This document shows, piece by piece, positions 12,481 to 25,394 of a stretch of DNA of 55,020 bases. This DNA is from Octopus bimaculoides. Its lineage: Eukaryota. Each line of letters starts with the position of its first letter. The first letter of the stretch is position 1. The notes beneath the pieces are model-generated. The model saw only the letters and a list, made by a program, of their open reading frames with translations. It had not been told where the DNA came from and ran no database searches. Position numbers and translations under genes: made by a program. The DNA lies in contig NC_068982.1 of NCBI RefSeq assembly GCF_001194135.2, positions 165,026,327 to 165,081,346 on the forward strand, written 5' to 3'.

Positions 12481-15149
12481 TGTCTAATATATACATACAT
12501 GTGTGTGTGTATGTCTGTATGTGTATTTAAGTATGTATGTATATAAATACATACATTTATTCATTTGTACACACACATTTACATATATGCCTGCACACAT
12601 GATAGAATTCTCTACATTTCCATATTTCCTCTAAACGAAATGTTACTCACATGACATAGTACTATCCGGTGCTAGATTAGAAGTCACTTTACCTATGTGC
12701 ACTGCAATAAGATCGAATCCAGAAACACGTGACATTACACTTCGGCTAAGAATTTCAAAAGCATGGTCTTTAGTTTAAGAACCGCGCAACTTCATTCGAC
12801 CATCGTTACATAAGTAGAGACCACGTGTACGTTACTTAAAATGCGTTTTGAATTTCATTAGAATTATAAAGCATGTGCTGAATCCACTTAATGTTATCAC
12901 GTCATGTGTTGCTTCTTTTCAAAAATGTATTCAATTTCATTGTGTTATTAATATATCTTAGACAAAATGGAGAATATTCAGCATTAAGTATGCATAATGT
13001 ATTCGTGTGCAGAGGAGTTGTATCTGTAATGGATATTTCTTGGTGCAAATTAGATCATTAAAGAACAAAAGTAACACTGCTAAAAATAATGTAACTAATT
13101 TGAGTCAACGTGGAATATTTGCTAAGTGTGCTGATTATAGATTTCCATATATTTTGTTTGAGCTACTGAATCGCTTATTAAATATATTACATCACATTAG
13201 CGTGTATAATGTATTGGTGTGTAGTTCTGTGGTATATTTAAGAATAATGTACTTAAGTATAGTCCCAACTTTCACCTAATTGAATAGTATACACCGGCAG
13301 CCCATTAAGTGCAACAATATTGATGGAAAACTACAGATCCTACTGTAGGTTTTCAACATTTTCCTTTCGATTGTAATATCAGAGGATGATTAATATAGCC
13401 TAGCAGTATTTGTATTCAAATGATATCAGTTTCAACGCAGGATCAGTTAACTCTCTTGGGTTGTAAATAAAACAGTCCATTATTTCATAAACTTAAAACG
13501 CCACATAAGATTTTCCGTGCATGACTCTTTTCTTTGGCATTCGAGCTCATCAGTAACATATAAAGATATGTACATGTGTTTCTATTCATAAGATAACTTA
13601 AATGTAATAAGAATATTCGAATATTCTCGCTACAGTAACCAATTAAAATTGCGATGTAGGTTGTAATAGATAAGGCATTTCTATAAGTTTACATCAAGAA
13701 TTATGCGTACAAGGATAATAAGAATTTAACTGGTCGAAGCCAAATTTTTCCATAGAAGTACGAAACGAACTGTCTAAATAATGATATATAAAACGTTGGT
13801 TGTGTTATTGTATGAGACAGACTCGTTTCTCTTTAATCAGTTTAAGTATAATCATCTTAGTTATGAACACTCGCTTTTCAGGTAACGTAGATTGTGTTTG
13901 AAGATATCTTTAGACAGATACAACTGTTTAAACTTGAACAGACAAACAGGGAAAGCAAAACGACGAAGAAGCAGGAGACTACTGTCCAATTTGTACGAAG
14001 TAAAAGCAATAAATTTTCAAGGCTTATGAAGTAAAATGTCACCGAATAAAAGAAATACTGTTATCAAATTAGGATTTCCATTTGGAAAATACTATTGTGA
14101 TTAATACGTCAATAATGTATTTATAAATCTATAGATGGTTACTGCAGGAGGCAGGAAGTCTAGACTTTAATACAACGTACATTACATTTCTCTTCATTTG
14201 TATACTGTTAGAGACATTTAACAAAATTATGTAAATACTTGTGGCGTTAGAATTTAAAATGAATATTATGTTATTTACAGTACCACAATACGAACGTAAA
14301 AGTTTCTCAGCATATTATTTGTTTTATTTAAGCTGTAATAATTTCGAAATATATACAGTAAATTTGCCACAAACTATTAAATATTTAATCATTCGCAGTC
14401 TCACGGCATCCCGAATGATGTGGAATTACGAAATAGATGATGTGCAACGCGCCTGGAACAGTAATTATAACGTGAACAATATTACGACACTCAATCACAC
14501 TCTATAGTTTTTGCGATTACCCGAGAAAGAAGATACCTCGTTCCAAACAAATACAACAATTATACAGATACGAAGACAAGATTCACACATATCCACGCAC
14601 AGAAACAGAAACACACACACACAAACACACACAAACACACACACACACACACACACACAAGCACACACACACACACATAAAGAGAGGCACGCACGCACGC
14701 ACGCACTCACGCATGCAGGTACGCGCTCGCACACTCATACTCAGACACATACATACACACACACAAACACACACACATATATAAACACATCGATGTACTC
14801 CTGAATAGCGCTTAACACTATAAACTCCAGTAGCATCCAGTCTAAATTGCTATTATTTTTTAATCATTATCTGAAGAATTCGTTAGGAGATTCTATACAT
14901 TTTTTCCACAATAATAAGTTATAACGATTCTCTTGGAAAATGGTTTATGTTGGAACATAACTGGGTAGAGTAGCGAGTGCCTTCCATTGCTGTGCAATAT
15001 TCTAAAACAAGCATAGCAAAAACCAACACTTTGCATTTGCGTTATTGTCATTTTCTTTTCAAATATTGTCTTATTTCCACAGACAATTTATATAAAAGCT
15101 CACATTTTAAATTATAACAATTAATTACAAAGAAACAGAAAAACAACAT

Positions 15150-16230
15150 TAAAAAAGGAAATGAAAAAAACGGCGCGTAAAGCAGCTGAAGATGGAGGGC
15201 TAGAGAGCGATGGGCCACACACCCCAGAACAAATAGTGAACCCATCCACGTTCCACGGTGGTAACCGCGATGCCGTTGCGTCGCAGAATAACTGCACTAC
15301 TCTCTCCACCTCGTAGGGTTCATTCCACAAACAGATCGCTGCTATACCGGTTTTGCGAAAGAAATCGATAGTATGGGGTCCAAGAAAACCTACCATCTCG
15401 ACGACAACCAGCAGAAACTGGTAACGGCCGGATTATTCTCTCCTCCGCGTTACGTGTAGCGACAATCCGATTTGCAGCCAATGCAGCAAGGTTGGAGCCG
15501 GAGAATGTGGTGTCGCTGCTCATCGCGTCCCAGACTAGGAATATGTCTCCCTCAAATGAGAAAAGTGACGCTCACCTTTTCTGTGGTCTAGTCCTACTGG
15601 CTCCATTTGAGACAATAAGCCAGCAGCGTCGAGGTTCCTTCTAATTATGTCATTAAGAGCCGCGTGTCGGGGAAATCGACTTGCGCTAAGGCTGCAGGAT
15701 AATTGATGCAGATCGTATTCACCTACTGCCATTCGACAACAAAATTTGTGCAGCTCATACATGCGGAGACCGAGACGTTGGGTCACTCAAAAACGAGTGA
15801 CCTCATCATATAAAAGGGTAACGGCTGATGGGAAGGGCATAAGTGGACCACTAAGGTGGTCTGTGAGAGTGTGTCATGATGCAGTGCATAGCAAGAAAAG
15901 GGTTTTAGGGTGAGCAAAACAATTCCTCATAGGGAAGAGCGCCAGGTGCGCGCCAATGAAGCGCAATCCCTTTGTCACTCTGAACAAGTCCGCAATCTTT
16001 CGGGAGGACTGGGGGAGCCGAGAACGCACACTGAATCCCTTGGTGTCAGTCGGGCCCACGCCAAAACAGATTGTATACTGAGTACGGCGTCCAGAATTTC
16101 GGCCTCATCACAGCACATATTATTCACCTCTGGTTTTGATCTCAATCCCGAGAAACTTTAGGGCTGGGATAACCTGTTGATGGTCACTCTGTAGCCAACC
16201 CACCCACGGTCGCGTCAGCCTATCTTTTCA
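15150..16230 (-). mobile_element. CRE-clade non-LTR retrotransposon 3' fragment (end of RT + zinc knuckle + RLE)
   Basis: Minus strand reads D-ATVGG (remnant of YLDD), HLALFPMRNCFAHPKTLFLL, LHQLSCSLSASRFPRHAALNDIIRRNLDAAG..EPVGLD, LVWDAMSSDTTFSGSNL and GFLGPHTIDFF. These match CRE-type RLE motifs (RHxxLNDII, EPxGL, LVWD). Confidence 0.8.
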
Positions 16231-16340
16231 GAAACATGTGCATCTCATTACAAAATGTAAATACTCTGCAAACAGTAATTCACCAGAAAATTAGAATAGT
16301 ATGTATATACATTCGTACATTTGAGTCATGAGGATACAGC

Positions 16341-16376
16341 TTGGATTATAATCCCTTCTATGCACACGCACGCATA

Positions 16377-16442
<66 letters not shown>

Positions 16443-16475
16443 AACAAACAATGTATATATATATATACGTGTGTA
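16341..16475. repeat. (CA)n microsatellite flanking an N gap
   Basis: Long CA run. Confidence 0.9.
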
Positions 16476-16668
16476 NNNNNNNNNNNNNNNNNNNNNNNNN
16501 NNNNNNNNNNNNNNNNNNNNNNNNNNNNNNNNNNNNNNNNNNNNNNNNNNNNNNNNNNNNNNNNNNNNNNNNNNNNNNNNNNNNNNNNNNNNNNNNNNNN
16601 NNNNNNNNNNNNNNNNNNNNNNNNNNNNNNNNNNNNNNNNNNNNNNNNNNNNNNNNNNNNNNNNNNNN
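16476..16668. other. Assembly gap (N run)
   Basis: Ns in sequence. Confidence 0.97.
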
Positions 16669-16670
16669 TA

Positions 16671-17943
16671 TTAGGTCGTCAAGTATGAAATTTGTAGAAA
16701 AGAAAAAAGTTTGCTAATGTTTTTTTTTTTTATATACAAGGAATAGTTTTATTCATCAAAGTATGCACCCATATTGTCAATACGCTTTTGCCATTTCAGC
16801 AGTAGCTTGTGCAGCCTGGAACTGTTAAAGCCTGGCAATCTAGAATCAATAATATCTTGGCCGGCCTGTTTTACAGCATCGTCGGAATTAAATTTTTTTC
16901 CTATCAAAAAGTTATCCAAATTCTGGAAGAAGTGGTAGTCAGTGGGGACAATATCAGGTGAGTATGGTGGATGATGGAGAATTTCCAACTCCAACTCCTG
17001 TAGTTTCACCAATGTCATTTTTGCGATGTGTGGTCTGGCGTTGCCTTGCATTAAGATAGGAGTGGATCTGTTGACTAATCTGAGTTGATTTTTGAATGTT
17101 TCTGCTTCATTTGGTCCAGCTGGCTGCAGTATATTTCGGACGTGATTGATGAGCTAGGTTTAATGAAATCATAAGTGATCACATCTGCGCCAGACTACCA
17201 AACGCACACCATCAGCTTCTTTTGATGAATTTTGCTTTTCGGACTGTGTTTTGGTGTCTAGTCTTTGTCCAACCATTGTGCTGAACGTTTACGGTTGTTG
17301 CATTGGATCCATTTCTCATCATATGTTACAATTCGATTAAAAAATGATTCATTTTGTGACGAGAAAGTAGCATAATGCAGGCTTCCAAACATTGCTGTTT
17401 CTGATTTTCATTGAGCTCATGTGGAACCCACTTCTCCAACTTTTTCACTTTACCGATTTGAACTAGTGAAGTCAATATTGTTTGCATGCTAACACCAATC
17501 AACAACGATAATTCACGGCCACTTTGAGATGATTTTGACTCGACGGTGGCTTTCAGTTCGTCATTAGCCACCTTTGTTTCTAGTCATTTGTAAGGTAAAA
17601 ATTACCAGAATGAAATTTTGCAAATCAATTTGAAACTGTCTGCTGTATAATAACATTAGAATGAAATACTCTATTAATATTCCGAGCTGTTTGTGATGCT
17701 GTATTTCCAAGAATGAACTCCTATTTCAAAACTGTACGAATTTCCGACTTATTCATCTCTAAACAAAAATGGCAACAAACGATTTATAGATACCTTATAA
17801 AGCTCACAATGAGGTAGAATAAAAAAATAGACGTGTCAGCTTTCTAACAAAAAAATATTGTCAAAATATAATAATGGCGCAAAGTGAGCAGCTCTCAAAG
17901 TTTACCATATACCTTACTACAAATTTCATACCTGACGACCTAA
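16671..17943 (-). mobile_element. Full-length inactive mariner (DD34D) element, 1273 bp
   Basis: 27-bp TIRs ttaggtcgtcaagtatgaaatttgtag (16671) and ctacaaatttcatacctgacgacctaa (17917-17943), 1 mismatch, with TA on both sides. Transposase pseudogene from about 17755 to 16749: MNKSEIR..., WVPHEL, TYDEKW, QGNARPH, YSPDIVPTDYHFF. Confidence 0.95.
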
Positions 17944-17959
17944 TAATTCATTATTAGCT

Positions 17960-18352
17960 TCTCTGATAAGGGCACTACTTTTACATTGAACAATATTCCG
18001 ATAGATTGTGCATTCTTGAATTCTGATAAACGATGTTATTTTAACATCTTTGTAAAACAATTATTTTGATCTACCGACTGCATTCATGTTGCAACATCTT
18101 GTTTTATCTACTGCTGTTGCGCAGTAGTTTACTGACTCTCGCGTGTGTTACGTTCCAAAACCTCCAAGAGAAATAATTAAAATCTAAAAATTATAAATAT
18201 CTATCGGCTTCAGAAACCCGGATATACTGAGTCTGCGATATAAATTTATATATATTAGCCAGAAAAATCTGCGATGTACTGAGTGCGCAATAGATGAACC
18301 GCGATGTACTGAGTGCGCGGAAGGTGAACTACGATGTACCGAGTTATTACTG
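17960..18352 (-). mobile_element. Probable Tigger/pogo-type 5' end with tandemly repeated sub-terminal motif
   Basis: Minus strand begins TA-cagtaataactcggtacatcgtagttcacc, Tigger-like. Three copies of a ~31-bp unit (cgatgtactgagtgcgc...gaac) at 18270-18345. Confidence 0.5.
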
Positions 18353-18764
18353 TATCTAGAAAACCATTACCCAATATAGAATTCCTTTACTTTTAAGGAA
18401 GTATGTTGTGATTGCATTACCATGATAATGGTATGCTTTCATTATCAGAGGCATTTTTATTACGGTTTATAACCGATTTTGTATCGGAATCTTTTATAGA
18501 ATTCCAGTATGCTACTATGCACACTAATATGAGAGAATCATAAAGACACCTATCGACACCTGAATAAGTATCATACAATATTCATTAAAACTGAATTTGT
18601 TTATGTTGCTTTCTCAATGTATATTTAAGTTAAGAAAGGAAATTCTTGAATATATTTCAAATCACAAAGAGTTAAATATTTCTTCATTTGATTTATTTGG
18701 GAAAAATATATTTTTTCATATGTGATTGTAGCTGTAGATGCGTGCATATGTGTAGGCCTGCAAC

Positions 18765-18932
18765 NNNNNNNNNNNNNNNNNNNNNNNNNNNNNNNNNNNN
18801 NNNNNNNNNNNNNNNNNNNNNNNNNNNNNNNNNNNNNNNNNNNNNNNNNNNNNNNNNNNNNNNNNNNNNNNNNNNNNNNNNNNNNNNNNNNNNNNNNNNN
18901 NNNNNNNNNNNNNNNNNNNNNNNNNNNNNNNN
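18765..18932. other. Assembly gap (N run)
   Basis: Ns in sequence. Confidence 0.97.
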
Positions 18933-19624
18933 TATATATGTGTGTGTGTGTGTGTGTGTGTGCGCGCAAATGCTCTTGTACATGTCTATATACATATATA
19001 TGCATTGAAATACGGAATGGTGTGGACATAAGTTTCCATACTTTTCTAGTTTTTTATGGTTTCCTCCTACGTTTACTACGTGGTTTATGCTTCCAAGTTA
19101 ATGAAGCATTTTCTGTATGCATGTATAATCATATGGTAAATGTGTACAAATTTCTATTCAAAATTTCCCATTTACATATTATAAATTTTGCATATACGTT
19201 TTTCAGGGAATTGGGAAGACTTAAGCATATCAATGTGTTGTATGAGTGCATCTGTATGACTATAAAACGATGAAGGTCTTCTCGTGTCGATATGAAGTTC
19301 GTTTCGAAAACAATGTGATAAGTACGTGTGTGTGTATGCATGCAGGTGTGTGTGCGTGTGGGTAAATGTATGCATATGTACATATATATATGTATATATA
19401 TATGAGGTGAGCAAAATTTAAGATCCAGGGATCGAGGTGTATGAAGAAAGTTAGCTTTGAGGAATCAGCAGTAAATATTTTAAAAATATAACTTTCAGGG
19501 ACAATAGTGGTTTATTGAGATGGAAGGTTGTGGATGTTTTCATATCGAAGAACGATAAACTGAAAAACAATTATTTTTATATTCCACAGTAGGCAACCGG
19601 GGTTGTCGGGTCCGCGAATAAGTA

Positions 19625-19815
19625 TACAAGAGTTACGGCATAGAGTAGGTGAGATCCGTGCTACATATGTTTCATAGCAGGCGGAACCTCAGAAGTGGTT
19701 AAGAATCCAAACAAGGTGTATACTGCCGTCTACTGTTCAGGCCAACGATTATCTTGATTAAATTAAGGGTCACATTGTCGCAAGGATGTACGTGTTGACG
19801 CATGGAAGATTCAAT
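19625..19815. mobile_element. Unclassified interspersed repeat, short copy
   Basis: Aligns to 27486-27670 (gcggaacctc.gaagt, ttcaggcc, attgtcgcaagga.gtacgtgt). Confidence 0.65.
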
Positions 19816-19841
19816 CATATATATGTATGCATGTATATATG

Positions 19842-19882
<41 letters not shown>

Positions 19883-20287
19883 NNNNNNNNNNNNNNNNNN
19901 NNNNNNNNNNNNNNNNNNNNNNNNNNNNNNNNNNNNNNNNNNNNNNNNNNNNNNNNNNNNNNNNNNNNNNNNNNNNNNNNNNNNNNNNNNNNNNNNNNNN
20001 NNNNNNNNNNNNNNNNNNNNNNNNNNNNNNNNNNNNNNNNNNNNNNNNNNNNNNNNNNNNNNNNNNNNNNNNNNNNNNNNNNNNNNNNNNNNNNNNNNNN
20101 NNNNNNNNNNNNNNNNNNNNNNNNNNNNNNNNNNNNNNNNNNNNNNNNNNNNNNNNNNNNNNNNNNNNNNNNNNNNNNNNNNNNNNNNNNNNNNNNNNNN
20201 NNNNNNNNNNNNNNNNNNNNNNNNNNNNNNNNNNNNNNNNNNNNNNNNNNNNNNNNNNNNNNNNNNNNNNNNNNNNNNNNNNNNNNN
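19883..20287. other. Assembly gap (N run) inside (TA)n
   Basis: Ns in sequence. Confidence 0.97.
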
Positions 20288-20359
20288 TATATATACATAT
20301 GTGTGTGTGTGTGTGCGTGCGTGTGTGTGTGTGTGGGTGTGTGTGTAGGTAGGTATATA

Positions 20360-20525
20360 TATTTGTGTGCATTTGGGTCTCCGTAACTTACCAGTTCGTC
20401 AAAAGGGACCGGTAAACGTACCTAGCTTAAAGGAGAAGTAAGCACTGGCGTCGATTCGTTCAAATAAAATTAATCAAGGCGGTGTCCCGACGTGTCCACA
20501 CTCTAATGAGTGAAACACGTAAATT
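20360..20525 (+). mobile_element. SINE family A 3' body (degenerate)
   Basis: ctccgtaacttaccagttcg...actggcgtcgattcgttc...tcaaggcggtgtcccg...atgagtgaaacacgtaaa. Confidence 0.7.
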
Positions 20526-21049
20526 AGACTGATTCAGGATGTTTCTGCAGGACGATTAGATAAGGGTTGCAAGTGTGTATGTGTTTCACGACCCGTTATT
20601 CCATGATTCAACGAGGTGATGACACGTTGAGCAACTCACCATTGTCACCGACGGAACGCTTGTTTGCTTGGATTCTACGTATGTCGATATCCACGTATTT
20701 ACTATTATATAAGAATAAATGTAATTTTATAAAGAAAATAAAACCTTTTTAATGATTATATAAATCTATACCCACTCGTCCTATTTCCCCTACATATGTG
20801 CATTTACATTCTATTAAAGGCAATATGTACATTCCATCAGTTCCCCTTTTTCTAGAATCTAGCTCCTCTCTTCCTTTAGTGCGTTCTCACTCTCTTATGT
20901 TCCATTCTGCCTTGGTTTGAATTAATTTGCTTATTTGTATAGTATTAATTTATCGCTTTATATACTACTGAATTTATCGCTTTATATATTAATTTATCAC
21001 TTTATGTCTTTTGCTGTCGTAAATATTTGCTTTAAAATAATTTATTAGG

Positions 21050-21200
21050 TAGGCACAAGGCTATCAATTAGGAGAAGTAAGAGTCAGTTATTACGGACCG
21101 GTGCATATTTTATCGATCATGGAAGCATAAAAGGAAAATTTAGCCTCCAAGAGATTTGAACACAAAAGTATTAAGCCAGAACAAATGCTACAACGCATGT
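21050..21200 (-). mobile_element. SINE family B fragment (degenerate)
   Basis: Reverse complement carries tgtgttcaaatctc...ttttatgcttccatgatcgataaaatatgcacc. Confidence 0.55.
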
Positions 21201-21284
21201 TGCCCACAATGTTGATGTTTCTATGAATCCATCATCCTAACTATCTGAATAATAAAAATAAAATAAGATATATTTTATGAAATA

Positions 21285-22205
<921 letters not shown>

Positions 22206-22799
22206 ACTATACAAACCTCTCTCTCTCTCTCATTTTAAAATCATTCCGCAAATTTAAACATACTGTTGAATATATAAATAGTAACCTGACTTGAGAAAAA
22301 TTCGCTACAATAAAGAATATATACATAAGAAAAGTTATAAGTTAAAGAATAATAAAATAATATCTGAGAGAGAGATGATATTTCTTCTTGCCAATAATAA
22401 CTGTTTATATAAAATATTGATATTCTGTATAAAGTATGGGTATTCCTAACTAATAGAAACAAAATCAGATCTCTTTACCTATCATCACTCACCATATACA
22501 TTTCAATATCAATTATAAAATCTATCACCAGAACTTTGTGAATTTTGTAAGATAAGCATGTGAATATCCAGAGCAGATATCATGAAATATTATTTTATTT
22601 TAGCTCGAATTATTTTTCTTTCTCTCACAGTGTCTTATAAAGCGCTGGAACGTGGTGTAATATCGTGATTTAAATGTTAATATTTTCCCTTTCTCTCTCC
22701 ATGATTAAGATCACAAACCATCTTCTTCGTTTTTATAATACACGTATACATACATGCATGCATACATACATGAACACGTACATATTTATGTATGTACGA

Positions 22800-22843
<44 letters not shown>

Positions 22844-23439
22844 CTATATATATATATATATCCTTTTCTCCAATTCCCCTTTTCTCCCCTCACCGTTTTC
22901 TATCTGTCTCTCTCTCCCTCTTCCTCTGTTTTCTCTCTCTCTCTCTCGTTGTCCACACGTGACCATCGTCCATATTTCTTTTCCTCACTTTATCATCTTT
23001 GTTTTCCTGCAGGACTGTCCTAAAGGCTGGACGTATTTTATCTCTCTCTTCTATCTTTTCTCTTTCCATAGAAAATATATCTCCAGCGTTCGCTATTTTA
23101 CCCTCACTCCGGTTCAACGACCCTCCTTGTTTGTTTTCGTTCAGTTTCCTTATATGTCTCTACTGTCCTGTTTTTGTTCTCAACTTTGACCTTCCATAAA
23201 TCCAAAATTTTATTTTGGTACTTATGGGAGCAGGTATCTTCGAAGACTCATATTGTCATTCAATGCTCGAAATGAGGAGTAGACAGCCGAAAACTGATGA
23301 AGAGTCTTTCTTTGTTTTACTTGTCCTGTTTTCCATTTGTCTCTCTCGTTGTTTGCGTATTCAATTAATTTGTTTTCGTATTTTCTGTTGTTTACTGTTG
23401 GTGACGTCCTGTACCTATACATGCATATGTATATATATA

Positions 23440-24070
23440 CAGATTTGGCCAAAACTATTAGGCCACCCCAATGTTTTGGTTTTCGAAACTCGTGCACATG
23501 GTAGATTATGGTATATTTCACATTATACATTAGTTTCAATATCTGGTTGATCCTCCTTTAGCATCAATTATCGCTTTTATACGGTTAGGCATTGAATCAA
23601 ATAGTTTCTTGGAGGTGCTAGGCGCATTTTTATTCCATTCTTCTCTCAACTGTTGGTACAAATGCTCTTTATTTTTAATTGTTGTGTTGTTGAGAGCTAT
23701 ATCAAGAGTTCTCCATAGGTGTTCGATCAGATTTAGATCGGGACATTGAGCTGGCCCGTCCATGGGAACAATAATTTGTGTCTCAATCCATTGACGAGTA
23801 TTCATTGCTGTTTGGCCTGGAGCGTTGTCCTGTTGAAAGATAACACTGTTTTCCGACACTCCTGGATGCAATTTAGTAATCGATGGCTATAAAACATCCG
23901 ATAACATAGAAACATAGGTAGCTGAATTCATCCTTCCCTGATATAAAAACATTTCTCTGGGTCCTGTGGCAGACATGCAGGCCCACACCATGTCCATGTA
24001 TCTTAAATCTTTGAAGGCTTGTAGAAAGAGCCTATCACGCCACGCATATAGAGAGCAAAAGGATGTTGAG
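23440..24070 (-). mobile_element. Tc1-family (DD34E) transposon 3' half
   Basis: TA followed by TIR-like cagatttggccaaaactattaggccacc. ORF 23536-23871 reads IFQQDNAP...PAQCPDLNLIEHLW...SMPNRIKAIIDAKGGSTRY*. Confidence 0.9.
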
Positions 24071-24608
24071 CCTCTGTTAGTTAATTCGGGTTACGTGGCG
24101 TTATTTCTCTGGAAGTAACTGAAACCGAATCATTTATGTTATTTTTAGGTCGCATGCACGGACGGTAGGTAACTGCCATCACTAGTCTGGAATGTGCAGT
24201 AAGGTATATTTAGCTACCTCAGCTCGTTGCGTATGATGACACACCTGCCAGGATGGAGTGTTGTCGTAGGTCAGTGGAAAACTAACACCTTCCCGGCAAC
24301 AGCCCCTTCTATGAGAATAACAAGATTTGTTGGTGGTTGACCGACATTTGGAGATGCTAGGTTAAAAAAAATTAGCAGCAACAGCCATTAAAGTATTAAA
24401 TACTTAACTAACCTGCGACAAAACCACATTCTGTCACATGTATCATCAAATGCAGCGAGCTAATATATCCAGACATAACCTTCACAGGTACGTAGGCGTA
24501 AAAATAATGAAAATAACTGAAGTCCTTCCAGACCAATAACACCAAGGAACCTGAGATGACCAAAAGAGGCCTAGCATCTAGAAGCCATCTTAATTTTGTC
24601 TCATACTT

Positions 24609-24644
<36 letters not shown>

Positions 24645-25029
24645 AAGTCTCAGAAGATCGGTTCGTTCTACAAGCCTAAGAAACATTTTGATGCGTGGAG
24701 CTGAGTGAAACTGTTAAAATACATTCGTACACTCACGTGTATATATATATATATATATATTCAGTTAAACAGGATGCTCTATCTTACTTTTAGACAGACA
24801 CACGGACAGACAGAAAGACAGATAGACTAACCGACGGACTGAGGGGAAGACAGCTGGACGGAGGCCAGAGTGACAGACGTACAGACAGACAAACTGACAG
24901 ATAAATAGAGAAATAGAAAAAAGCAGTAAATACTTAAAACAACAATATTCTGCTTATGCAAATATATTGCAATCGTAACTGAGTGGCTAAGAAATTCGCT
25001 TTGCAATCGTTATATCCAAGGGTTTTTTT

Positions 25030-25300
25030 CTTCTATTCTTCTGCTTCTGGAGCGAGTTACTTAAAACATAGGCCTCTACTCAACCAAAATCACTGTGTAA
25101 AAGTCGTTAGCCGTTAACTGTAGGGAAGCCCGTGAGGTGGATAATCAATGCAATTCAGTTATTCAGTCAGACCACTTACTGTGCCATGCTTATTTGGCCC
25201 GAGAACTCACCGGCACTTACACGTTAATTTAGCAAGATTAGAGCAGTTCAGTTGATTGATCAACAGAATACTAATCGTCGAAACCGACTCAGACTACATC
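25030..25300. mobile_element. Degenerate interspersed repeat (unclassified)
   Basis: The motif gcacttacacgttaattt...gttgattgatcaac...cgtcgaaaccgac resembles an abundant octopus repeat as recalled; no second copy in the window. Confidence 0.35.
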
Positions 25301-25348
25301 GTTGTGTATTTCTGTGAGTGTGTGTATGTGCCTGTATTCATAGAAAAA

Positions 25349-25394
<46 letters not shown>

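Noticed and set aside
18270-18345. Regularly spaced ~31-bp repeats suggestive of CRISPR
   Set aside because: Eukaryotic context, no unique spacers and no cas genes; better explained as transposon sub-terminal repeats.
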